A stretch of DNA of 64,000 bases from Nannocystales bacterium (GTDB lineage Bacteria > Myxococcota_A > Polyangia > Nannocystales > Nannocystaceae), in assembly GCA_050633305.1 (NCBI GenBank), contig JBOEGF010000024.1, forward strand, positions 160,001-224,000. The letters are read 5' to 3'. The position numbers were made by a program, and so were the translations under genes. The notes below the pieces were generated by a model that saw nothing but the letters and a program-made list of their open reading frames with translations, ran no database searches and was not told the DNA's origin. Positions 1-10,637 of the stretch are shown here, in pieces; the first letter of the stretch is position 1; every line of letters begins with the position of its first letter.

Positions 1-696
1 CCCGCCAGCACGAGGCGCGGCGCGAGTACCGGGGACCCGCGGAGATCAGCCGGGGCCGGGGCGAGCCGAAGCAAGCCTTCGCAACCGCCCGGCTAACGCT
101 CGAGGGAACTGCCGAAAGTCGTCTTTCGATGCAAAGAAGCTCGGCTCGTCGAACGGCCGCGCAGTGAGCGGGCGAGCACCCCGACGACTTCGAGTTCGTC
201 GTGCACCTGGGCCTGGGCAAGCTTCAGCACCTGTCCGCGCTCAGTCCGGCCCAGCGGGCGCGCTTCCGCCGGCAACAGAGCTTCCGTGTTCCTGGGTTTG
301 GCGCTCGCAAAACCCTGGCGCTCATGACTCACGATGAGCTCGGACGCGTGGTGCAGGGGATCGGAGGCCTCACTTCGGAGCCCCGCGGTCACGCCGGCGA
401 AGGCGCTCCGGCGATTCCGTCATCGCGTTGCGGGGATGGACGCGATGGCGGACCGTGCATCGTCGGCGGGGAACGCGGGAGGCGGCCCAGGGGTGCGGGC
501 GTCCCGTTTCCAAGACTCGGTCAGCTCCGGTCGGGTCGACGGTTGAAGTCGAAAGCCAGGACCGATAGGAACACATTGGCCCCAATCCTATGATCCGCTT
601 CGGTGTGGGCGGGGAGGCGTCGTTCTCCGTCTTCGGCGAGCCCCTGAGCCTCGAGAGACGAGCACGGCTGGGTTTGGTCGGCCACGAGCACGGTGC

Positions 697-2142
697 TTAG
701 TCGACCGTGACGGTAAGCGTGGCCGCGCCTCCATCCGCGCTCGCGTTGCTCCAGCGGATTTTCTGATTGGGACCGAGTCGAGGAGATGCGAGGGAGAGAA
801 CCTGTGAGGGCGAGGATGAGGCGGGGACATCGACGACGACGCTATCCCCGGGCGCGAGCGTCGAGAGATCTCCGACGCAAATCGACTCCGTGCTGCACAC
901 ACTTACCTTGTACGGGCAGTAGGCGACGCCGGTGTTTTTCACGGTGACGGCGATCTTCTCGTCGCCTTTCCTGCTCACGGCGGTAGCCGTGAACTTGTAG
1001 CCCATCACCCGTGCCAGCGCGAGCAGGTCATTCTGAGGAATGTCGGTCGAGAACGCGTCGGATGCCACCATGTAGTTGAGGCCAAGGCGCTTGGCTTGTT
1101 TGCTGAGTGGTTCGCCGTTGCCGCAGTCGTGCGGCGGCACAGTCCACGCGCCGTCTTTGTTGCAGGGCGACTTCCGTTTCCCTGTCCAGGTCGGCTCCCC
1201 TCCCCAACCGTGTTTCACATGGAGGTTGAACTGCCCTTTCGCCTGGGCAGTTTGTCGCCAGTTGTCGCGGTTACTGTGGCCCTCGACTAGCAAGGTGTCG
1301 TCGAAGAAGCTAAAGCGCCTGTCGCTCAGGGAAGGCGTCTCGGTAGAGCCGAATAGACCATGTGGCTGGGCCGAGTCGAAGGACAGGGAGACCATCAGGT
1401 CGGAGGAGGAGCGCCCCGCTTCTTTGTCTATCGTGAATCCGTCTAAGTAGTGTTCGATCATTCTTTTTTGGAACGCGGCCGAGGGGAAATTCTTGCTCGT
1501 GTACGTAGCCTTGTCGAGGTGGTGCTCGCCCCAAAGGCCGACCAGGCCCATCTGAATGTAGGCCACTTGTTTGTTATCCTTGTACTCGTCGGCGAAAGCG
1601 TCGATGAACTTCAGCACGCACTTTTGGACGCGTTCATCGTCCCAGCGAGGGTTCTTGAACTTCTTGCCGTCATGGCGCAGCTTTCGGGTGAGGAGGTCGC
1701 TCGGTGCATAGTTTTCGTCGCCGTAGTCCCCAAATATGAATGGGCGTAGGATTGCTTGGTGCCCGCGTGACGCGATCTCCTCCAAGGGCTTGTCGAGAAC
1801 CTCCCACTTTGGCTCTTCGTCGCAACGGGGAAGGACATCGCTGAGCCCGACGAACATCCACTCCATGGCGTGCGTATTCGGCTTATCGTGCGCATCCCCG
1901 TTGTCCCACCAGGGAACGGCTCCTGTGAACGGGTTCACATAGCCGTGCTCCTCGAACTTGAGGGCTTGCGCCGTTGTACTAACACCCGTGTTCCCGCTTG
2001 AACGTGCGGCGCTGGCTGGCGCTGGCTGGCTCGTATCCGAAGGGGGCGACGTGGGGGGGCCGTTCCTGTTCTCGCAGGCGACGGCTTGCAGGACGGCGAT
2101 GACGAGGATGCTTCGACGAGACAACGGGGCCGAGTCTCGCAC
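697..2142 (-). CDS. Lipoprotein with glycoside-hydrolase-like (DUF4832-type) TIM barrel
   Basis: Lipobox-like AVAC, Pro/Ser linker, QMGLVGLWGEHH and MGYKF motifs; start uncertain (ORF is open to 2346). Confidence 0.55.
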   Translation of the reverse strand: MRDSAPLSRRSILVIAVLQAVACENRNGPPTSPPSDTSQPAPASAARSSGNTGVSTTAQALKFEEHGYVNPFTGAVPWWDNGDAHDKPNTHAMEWMFVGLSDVLPRCDEEPKWEVLDKPLEEIASRGHQAILRPFIFGDYGDENYAPSDLLTRKLRHDGKKFKNPRWDDERVQKCVLKFIDAFADEYKDNKQVAYIQMGLVGLWGEHHLDKATYTSKNFPSAAFQKRMIEHYLDGFTIDKEAGRSSSDLMVSLSFDSAQPHGLFGSTETPSLSDRRFSFFDDTLLVEGHSNRDNWRQTAQAKGQFNLHVKHGWGGEPTWTGKRKSPCNKDGAWTVPPHDCGNGEPLSKQAKRLGLNYMVASDAFSTDIPQNDLLALARVMGYKFTATAVSRKGDEKIAVTVKNTGVAYCPYKVSVCSTESICVGDLSTLAPGDSVVVDVPASSSPSQVLSLASPRLGPNQKIRWSNASADGGAATLTVTVD

Positions 2143-2375
2143 AGGCAGTAAATGAACCGCCCCCGAAATTCCGAAGAGCTGTCTACGTAAGTGCAGCCGC
2201 GTCGGCTGGGGTGTTGCGAAATCGATGATAGCTGTTTTCGAACTCAAGCGGAGGTACGTCGCCAGGCCGACGGGCCGGCCGGCGGTCATTCCACCACTCG
2301 ACCCGTTCCATGGCGGCGAAGTTTGACCTCGCCGACATTGCGCCACGGGCCACAGCGGCGATTCACCGAATCACG

Positions 2376-2588
2376 ACCCGTCTTCCACGCCACGGCATTC
2401 GGCCGACCGTCGCGGGCAAGAACAAGTGGGCCCGCGTTGAAGCCCTCGAGCCCAACGCCGCCTTCCCCGAGGACCATGAGCTCGTACGCTGACTCCTCGA
2501 AAGCGGCAAGAGCGATGTCGTGTTTCCTCTCGGTACGTATCTGATGGTCGAGCGCTCCGGCGTGGCTGTGGACGTCGCGAAGAACTGA
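2376..2588 (+). pseudogene. 3' remnant of the RAYT-like HUH transposase
   Basis: Encodes TRLPRHGIRPTVAGKNKWARVEAL...VVFPLGTYLMV...DVAKN*, matching the C-termini at 13881 and 15981; premature TGA at 2490-2492. Confidence 0.9.
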
Positions 2589-2767
2589 ACCCCCGCGGTT
2601 TCAGGCGCAGCGGGCGAGCCCAGTGCTCGTCCCGGGGGGTGCTGGTTTTTCGTCGAGCGTAGCCCACAGGACGCAATGTCCGGCCCCGGTTGCACTCCCC
2701 GAGCACCGATGCGCTCGCCGTGCCAGGCAACTCTTCACCCGGCGGAACGCCGACAGGCCGCAGCCCC

Positions 2768-2792
2768 GGTCAACAGCCCTGGGTCAGGGATC
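2768..2792. repeat. Right-end motif of the RAYT-like element
   Basis: GGTCAACAGCCCTGGGTCAGGGATC, one mismatch to the copies at 16150-16268. Confidence 0.85.
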
Positions 2793-2943
2793 TAGAACTC
2801 ATGCAAGTGACGTTTCGGGTGAACCAAGTGATCGGGGGCGCGGCGATCCCCCGGTCGCCCCCCGCCTCAACCCCGCCGAAATCAGGCGCGCCCCAGGAGG
2901 CACTGGTAGAGGGACCGGAGTCCATGACCGAGGAACTTGTCTG

Positions 2944-4125
2944 TCAAAACGGGATCTCGTCGGATGGTGGCGCCGGCTGCAGTCGCGGCCGTGCATGAGC
3001 CTCGGCCCACCGGAATGCTTCCGCCGTGGGGCGTACGCCCTGGACTGGCTCGCCCGAGTCATAGTCCTCCCATTGGGTGGTCTCGACGAAGCCGACACGC
3101 CGTAGGCGACGAACCCCCATGGAGAACTCGTACTCGTCAACCTGGGCCCGTTGCCGCACGCTCCACGTTGTCGCACCGTCGTCCTCATCCGGGCACTCGG
3201 CGATCAGGGCGGCGAGAACCTCCCACTCATGGTCCCGGAGGTCCACGGCCGCAGGCTCATCGTCCCGAGCCAGAGGTTCCAGTCTCACCAACGTCAGCAC
3301 GGTCTCCGGGACCGCGCGAGCGAACTCGGCCGCGTCCTCGAACCGGGCCGCCGGGTCCATCGAGCAAGCGCGTGCGATCAGCTCGTCGAGCGCGTCCCAG
3401 AGGCTCTCCGTCAGCTCAGAGCTTCGAGCACACACTCGAACTTGAACCCCGACGGACTCCCCAGGCGCAAAAAGGAACTCCAGGAGCTTCCCGAGCGAAT
3501 AGACATCGCTGCGCGTCGTATGAGGCCCCCCCAACGCGACCTCCGGCGCTCGGAAGCGCGGCGTTCCAACAACCTCCTGGGTCCGCGTCATGTCGCCCTG
3601 GCGGTCGGTCCCCTGCGCGATGCCCAGATCTGCAACGACGCAGCGAATCGGTTCTGCAGGGTCAAGCATGACAAGGAAATTCCGTGGCTTGATGTCCCGG
3701 TGCAGGAGGTTTCGCTCGTGCATGTGCGCGATGCCCTCAACTCCCTGGTGGAACAGTCGCAGAACCACTCCCGGACTGGCGCGAAGCAAGTTCGTGCCGG
3801 CAGTCTCCCCCCGGACAACTCCATGGAGCGTTGTACTCGCGAGCTCCATCACGACGAAGGGTCTCCCCTCGTGTGCTCCAGATTCGACGGGGCGAACGAT
3901 GCCCGGATGATCCAGCTCGCCGAGAAGCTCTACCTCTCGGAAGAAGCGGGCGCGTGCAAGTTCATCTTCACTCGTGCACGCCTTCAGCGCGCGAGCTGGC
4001 GCGTGGCGAGTAGTTGTGGCCCCGACCTTCCACACCTCCCCCTGCCCGCCGAAGCCCAACAGCTTGTGGAGCTTCCACGCGCCGACGACTTGGTTCTCCT
4101 TGTACAGCGTGTTCTTCTCGCTCAT
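2944..4125 (-). CDS. Hanks-type Ser/Thr protein kinase with a possible C-terminal winged-helix region and an acidic DEIPF tail
   Basis: GFGGQGEV, ALK, HRDIKPRN, DLGIA and GTPRFRAPE motifs; no TM segment; ends PAPPSDEIPF. Confidence 0.88.
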   Translation of the reverse strand: MSEKNTLYKENQVVGAWKLHKLLGFGGQGEVWKVGATTTRHAPARALKACTSEDELARARFFREVELLGELDHPGIVRPVESGAHEGRPFVVMELASTTLHGVVRGETAGTNLLRASPGVVLRLFHQGVEGIAHMHERNLLHRDIKPRNFLVMLDPAEPIRCVVADLGIAQGTDRQGDMTRTQEVVGTPRFRAPEVALGGPHTTRSDVYSLGKLLEFLFAPGESVGVQVRVCARSSELTESLWDALDELIARACSMDPAARFEDAAEFARAVPETVLTLVRLEPLARDDEPAAVDLRDHEWEVLAALIAECPDEDDGATTWSVRQRAQVDEYEFSMGVRRLRRVGFVETTQWEDYDSGEPVQGVRPTAEAFRWAEAHARPRLQPAPPSDEIPF

Positions 4126-4256
4126 ATATCGTCTCCGGCACGGTGGTCGAAGCCACGCAACATCCGCTTGGTTCGAGCCAGGTTCCCTACGTAGCCGCTA
4201 TCTGAGAAGAGCGTGGGGCATCCCTCGCGCCCAGCGCTCGGAAACCCCTTGGCATC

Positions 4257-4682
4257 GGTGGTACGGGGTGCGCTCTGGCAGTCATCTGCCATCGCACTCA
4301 CCACTCCAACCTTGGTCCCATCCGCCGCAGGTGTTCCTTGCGGCGATCGTAATCCGGCATCGCCTGCCCGCGGCGGGCCCTGGTCAAGAGGTCTAGAACG
4401 GAGCGCTGCGTCAGTCGAGGCACGGGGACCCCAAGGATAGGCGGGGTCGGCGCTCTGATCTATGGCCAACTCGTCGTGAGCCCTGCCTTTGCGGGGGCCG
4501 GCAAGAGGTCAAGACGCCCCAGATCGGCCACACTTGGCCCGGATACGCAGACTGGTCTGCTCCGCGTCCGTTCTTCTTCGTCACGTTCGTTGTGTTTGGC
4601 ATTGTCTCCGCTTTCGGGGTGTCCGGCCAAGCTGGCCATACCCAAGAAACCGAGCCCGAAACAGGGGGATCAAGAGGGCGTC
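4257..4682 (+). ncRNA. Putative structured non-coding RNA upstream of the reverse transcriptase
   Basis: Stems: TGGCAG/CTGCCA (4276-4291), CGCCGCA/TGCGGCG (4323-4345), about 15 bp at 4394-4408/4448-4462, GACGCCC/GGGCGTC (4513-4519/4676-4682) enclosing GGCCA/TGGCC and GCAGAC/GTCTGC hairpins; no convincing ORF; strand is inferred. Confidence 0.45.
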
Positions 4683-4719
4683 AGATGGTACAGGTCGAAG
4701 CCGTGTGGCTGGAAGGTGA

Positions 4720-6258
4720 ATGTTGACGACGGCAGAAGATCTATGCGGACGCGGGTTCCTTCCGGCTGAACTCCCCCCACCATTTTCCTCCGTATCGTTC
4801 GGCCTCGCCGTGAGCAACGGATGGACGCCGCAATACACGAGACCGACGAAATCGGCCCAGCACAATCTGTTTCGATGGGGAGCATTGCGACGTAGGCTGG
4901 GCATCCCAAACCCGATCTCGTTCTTCCACCTGGCTCGCGAAGTTGAGAGCCGATGGGTGCAGCTTGCGCCTTTGCTGACGCTCTCTCCGTGGACGCTTAG
5001 CAGGCCCATGGTCGATCAAGACCGTGCGGTTGTTCCGGCCAACAAGCAAAGCCTACTGCTGCTTGCGAGAGCGCAAGGACGGGCCGGGAAACGATTCGCG
5101 TTGATTGCGGATATTTCGCAATTCTACCATTCTGTCTACACCCACACTTTGGAGTGGGCAGTTCACACCAAGACGGCGGTGAAGAACAACAGGGCGTTGC
5201 CCCACCGCCAGCGGGCCGTGATGTGGGGGCGGGGCCTTGATGACCTGCATCGAGGGCTGCAGGACCAACAGTCCGTTGGAATCCCCATCGGCCCAGACAC
5301 CTCCCTAGTCGCCGCTGAGGTCCTGCTCGGACGCGTGGATGAAGAGGTTTCCCGCCATCTTAGCGCTCCCGGTTTCCGATACGTCGACGACTACGAACTC
5401 TACTTCGACACTCTGGCCCAGGCTGAACATGCCCTTTCCGTGCTTCAGGCTGTGTTGACCGAGTATAATCTAGTCCTGAACCCCAGGAAGACGAAGATCG
5501 TCGAACTTCCGCAACCGCTGTCGCCCGAATGGACCCGTGATCTGCGGCTAGCGGGGCGGCACGTCCATGGCCGAGGGCAACGTCACTCCCTCATCGACCT
5601 GTTCGATGCCGCACACGTTGCGCGCAAACAATGGCCTGACGCGCCAGTTGCCAAATATGCGATGGGGATCGTTGGCAATGTGACCTGTCAGTCAACTAAC
5701 TGGGAGGTGCTACAGGCGCTCTTGATGCAAGCGATTGCCGTGGAGCCAGGGGTTATTCGAGAGGTTCTGAAGTACCTCTCGATGGGTGTGCCGGCTGGAC
5801 GAAATGTGAATCGATCGATGGTGGCACGGACGCTGGCCGGCGTCATATCCAGGCATGCCCTGCTCGGCCACGGGAGCGAGGTCGCTTGGGCACTATGGGC
5901 GCACATCCAGCTCGGACTCTCCCTTGACCCGGCTTCTGTAGCCGCTGCCGAGCGCATGGACGATGACGTTGTCCTCCTAGTTCTTCTCGATGCCGAAAAT
6001 CGCGGGTTGGCGACTACGACGAACAAGGGGGCTCTCGCCGCACGAATGAGCGCAGCGGCGCTCTACAGCGGGAACTGGCTCCTGGCCTACGAAGCTGCAC
6101 GGAAGGGATGGCTACCGCATACTCATCTCGCGTCAGACCCTGATTTCTCCGGGCTCGCCGCTGCGGGGGTCGAATTCTATCAGAACATCCCAGCCCCCGC
6201 TCAAACTCAAATTCACGTTCCGCCACACGGGGGAGCAGGCAGCGGCGCATCACCGTAG
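4720..6258 (+). CDS. Reverse transcriptase, Abi/UG (defence-associated)-like, with an alpha-helical C-terminal extension
   Basis: GFLPAELPPPF N-terminus, IPNP, DISQFYHSVYTHTLEWA, GIPIGPDTS, RYVDDY, LNPRKT; about 240-aa helical C-terminus (EVAWALW, WLLAYEA); no maturase, endonuclease or Cas1 domain; GGAAGG upstream. Confidence 0.9.
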   Translation: MLTTAEDLCGRGFLPAELPPPFSSVSFGLAVSNGWTPQYTRPTKSAQHNLFRWGALRRRLGIPNPISFFHLAREVESRWVQLAPLLTLSPWTLSRPMVDQDRAVVPANKQSLLLLARAQGRAGKRFALIADISQFYHSVYTHTLEWAVHTKTAVKNNRALPHRQRAVMWGRGLDDLHRGLQDQQSVGIPIGPDTSLVAAEVLLGRVDEEVSRHLSAPGFRYVDDYELYFDTLAQAEHALSVLQAVLTEYNLVLNPRKTKIVELPQPLSPEWTRDLRLAGRHVHGRGQRHSLIDLFDAAHVARKQWPDAPVAKYAMGIVGNVTCQSTNWEVLQALLMQAIAVEPGVIREVLKYLSMGVPAGRNVNRSMVARTLAGVISRHALLGHGSEVAWALWAHIQLGLSLDPASVAAAERMDDDVVLLVLLDAENRGLATTTNKGALAARMSAAALYSGNWLLAYEAARKGWLPHTHLASDPDFSGLAAAGVEFYQNIPAPAQTQIHVPPHGGAGSGASP

Positions 6259-6421
6259 ATTCGATCACGAAGTACCAAGTTTATCCCTCCGCACCTGCGC
6301 CTTCGGATCAACGCCAGGCGTCTCGCACTCGTAGCCCGAGCAGCTCCTGTTGTTTCCCCCCAGGGACAGTAGACTGCGGGACATCATCAAGCCTGAGCTC
6401 GAATACCAGCTAGCCCCCGGC

Positions 6422-7315
6422 TCACGACACGCCTTCGCGTTCCTCCAGCAGCCGAAAGACGCTCACATCAAAGCCCGAGCGAAGCACATCGAGAAAACTA
6501 TCGAGTTCCCCACGCCGCACGCCAAAGCGCCCGATCAGCTCGCCCCGCGTGTACTTCAGCAGCTCCTTCCGCGCCCGCGCCAACCACCGAGCCACGGTAG
6601 ATCGATCGACCCGGTGCATTCTCGCCAATGCCGATTGGTCGACCCCATCGAGCTCGTACATCCTCAGTAGCGTTCGCGACTTCGCATCCAATCGAGCGAT
6701 CGCAGCCTCAAGCGCGCCGGCGAACCGCTCGCGATGCTCCGCCTTCACCAGAGCCATCGATGCGGTGGGCCCCAGGTCCTCCAGCGCCAGCACAGCATCG
6801 TCGCCGTCCACCGCGTGACGCCCCTGCTTACGTCGCCTTGAAATCCCCGCTCGCAGAGCGATGAGCCGAATCAACGCTCGCAAGTCCCCCCGCGCCGTCA
6901 TCCCCAGCACCTTCGGCCGTCCACCCGGACCCGCACCGAACAGCGCCTCACGCGTCGCCTGACGGATCTCATCCAACTCGTCGGCGCTGCACCGCAACCG
7001 GGACGCCCCCACCTCAACCTCGCGAAAGTACGTCGCCTCGAACCGCCTCAGCGCCGCGTCGTCCCCATCGCGACACGCAAAAACCAGCGTCGCAGCCTCG
7101 GCGTCCACGCGCTCAAGAAACGCGACGACCTCCTCCGTTTCACACCGCCGCCCAAGGTACGCAACGAAGGCCTCCTCGTCCTTCTCCGGCAACCCATGCG
7201 TCCGCGCCTGCTCCAGGATCAACCGAAGACCGACCAGCACCTCGGCCTCGGCCACCGGCGCCGCGGCACTCGTCCCTCCACTCAGGAACGCCGCAAGCAG
7301 CTCTGCGTCGACCAC
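6422..7315 (-). CDS. Myxobacterial ECF-type sigma factor-like regulator (kinase-associated)
   Basis: ACRDGDDAALRRFE, sigma-4-like region LRMYELDGVDQSALARMHRVDRSTVARWL; divergent from a kinase. Confidence 0.75.
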   Translation of the reverse strand: MVDAELLAAFLSGGTSAAAPVAEAEVLVGLRLILEQARTHGLPEKDEEAFVAYLGRRCETEEVVAFLERVDAEAATLVFACRDGDDAALRRFEATYFREVEVGASRLRCSADELDEIRQATREALFGAGPGGRPKVLGMTARGDLRALIRLIALRAGISRRRKQGRHAVDGDDAVLALEDLGPTASMALVKAEHRERFAGALEAAIARLDAKSRTLLRMYELDGVDQSALARMHRVDRSTVARWLARARKELLKYTRGELIGRFGVRRGELDSFLDVLRSGFDVSVFRLLEEREGVS

Positions 7316-7343
7316 GATGAACGGATCCTATACCGTTCCGACC

Positions 7344-9524
<2,181 letters not shown>

Positions 9525-9605
9525 CGTCGACACTTTCTCGAAAGAAAGTCTGCACACCCCCACGGTCCGTCGCGATGACCCGGTGAAGCCACCGAAAGGT
9601 CATCC

Positions 9606-9935
9606 ATGCCCAACATCAAAGTCGGCGAAACCGTATCCAAAGACCAGCTCCGAACCCTGCTGCAGGCTCGATGCCCAGACCTCGACTTGGGCTCGGTGGG
9701 CCCCATGCTCACCGCATCCAGCTCCCGCTGGGTCGCCGCCGCGGTCAACAGTCAGGGCAAGACCGTCTCCGTCATGCCCCTCGTCCGCGATGTACCCGCC
9801 ATGCTTGGCATGATGCTGATCATGCTCACCGGCATCGGATTGGTCATCTTCGCGGTCACCGTCATGCCCAAGCAGCGCGCGCTCGCGGAGCGGGTCCACG
9901 GCGTTCTCTCGGCCGAGCTGGGGGTGCAGCGATGA
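9606..9935 (+). CDS. Small membrane protein
   Basis: GAAAGG upstream, hydrophobic segment, stop overlaps the next start (ATGA). Confidence 0.6.
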   Translation: MPNIKVGETVSKDQLRTLLQARCPDLDLGSVGPMLTASSSRWVAAAVNSQGKTVSVMPLVRDVPAMLGMMLIMLTGIGLVIFAVTVMPKQRALAERVHGVLSAELGVQR

Positions 9936-10492
9936 AGGTCGTCAAGATCATCCTGTGGAGCCTGCTCGCCCTGTTCGTCTTGGGCCTTGGCGGCGCATAC
10001 CTCTACTTCTCCAACCTTCCTCCCACCGGGGAGGCCGTGTTCTTGGCCCCCGGCGAGCCGGTCACGCTGTCCATCGACGGAGGCCCGCCCGTCGAACTCT
10101 CGCCCAAAGGGCGCCACGAAGCCAAGCTCGGCGTGGGCCGGCACACCGTCGAGATCGTCGCGCCCACCAAGCTCGAGCGCACGTTCGACATCACAAAGCA
10201 CAAGACCGTCGTCGTGCCCGTGGTGGAGACCCAGTGCTACGCGACCCTCGACGTCTCGCTCAGCCACTACGAGCTCGGCGGCAAGCAGCGGGCGCCGAAG
10301 TTGGTCCGGACGAACCGCGCGGATGCCCCGTTCCCCCTGACCTCGGGGCACTACAGCTCGATGGCCGACATCCCCGACCAGCGAACGAGCGGCGCGATGG
10401 TGGTCGTCTTGCGTTCCGCGAGTTGCGACGACATCGCAGCGCTGCAGCCAAAAGCTGCTCCAGCGGGAAGCCCCGGTGTTCGAGCGGAGTGA
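9932..10492 (+). CDS. Membrane-anchored hypothetical protein (PEGA-like beta domain possible)
   Basis: MKVVKIILWSLLALF N-terminal anchor; coupled to the upstream gene. Confidence 0.65.
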   Translation: MKVVKIILWSLLALFVLGLGGAYLYFSNLPPTGEAVFLAPGEPVTLSIDGGPPVELSPKGRHEAKLGVGRHTVEIVAPTKLERTFDITKHKTVVVPVVETQCYATLDVSLSHYELGGKQRAPKLVRTNRADAPFPLTSGHYSSMADIPDQRTSGAMVVVLRSASCDDIAALQPKAAPAGSPGVRAE

Positions 10493-10637
10493 TCCGGCAG
10501 GTCCGCAGATCCCCCGCAGCTGCCAGGCCAACATTGCCACCCCGTGGTGGTCCCTGCCTCCGGCACCTCGAGACCCTCGTTGTTTCGGAGGCGTGCGCGT
10601 ACTGGCGCGTCGTCGCTGGTGTCTCTCCATCCGAGCC

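Noticed and set aside
201..593. ORF at the window start
   Set aside because: Partly protein-like but with an in-frame stop at 165-167 and a low-quality tail; no family recognised.
4167..4182. GGTTCGAGCC as a tRNA T-loop
   Set aside because: No cloverleaf, acceptor stem or D-arm can be built around it.
4668..4700. ATCAAGAG as the start of a SAM-I riboswitch
   Set aside because: The remaining SAM-I elements (GAGGGA..GGCCC, GCAACC, GGTGC) are missing and the downstream gene is unrelated.
4122..4769. Short ORFs in the kinase-RT gap
   Set aside because: No RBS or recognisable motifs and Arg/Pro/Ser-rich shadow composition; a tiny peptide cannot be fully excluded.
4720..6258. Calling the RT a group II intron, DGR or classical retron
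   Set aside because: No maturase/HNH domain, no TR/VR pair, no clear NAxxH/VTG retron motifs and no long a1/a2 repeat; the motifs fit Abi/UG-like RTs better.
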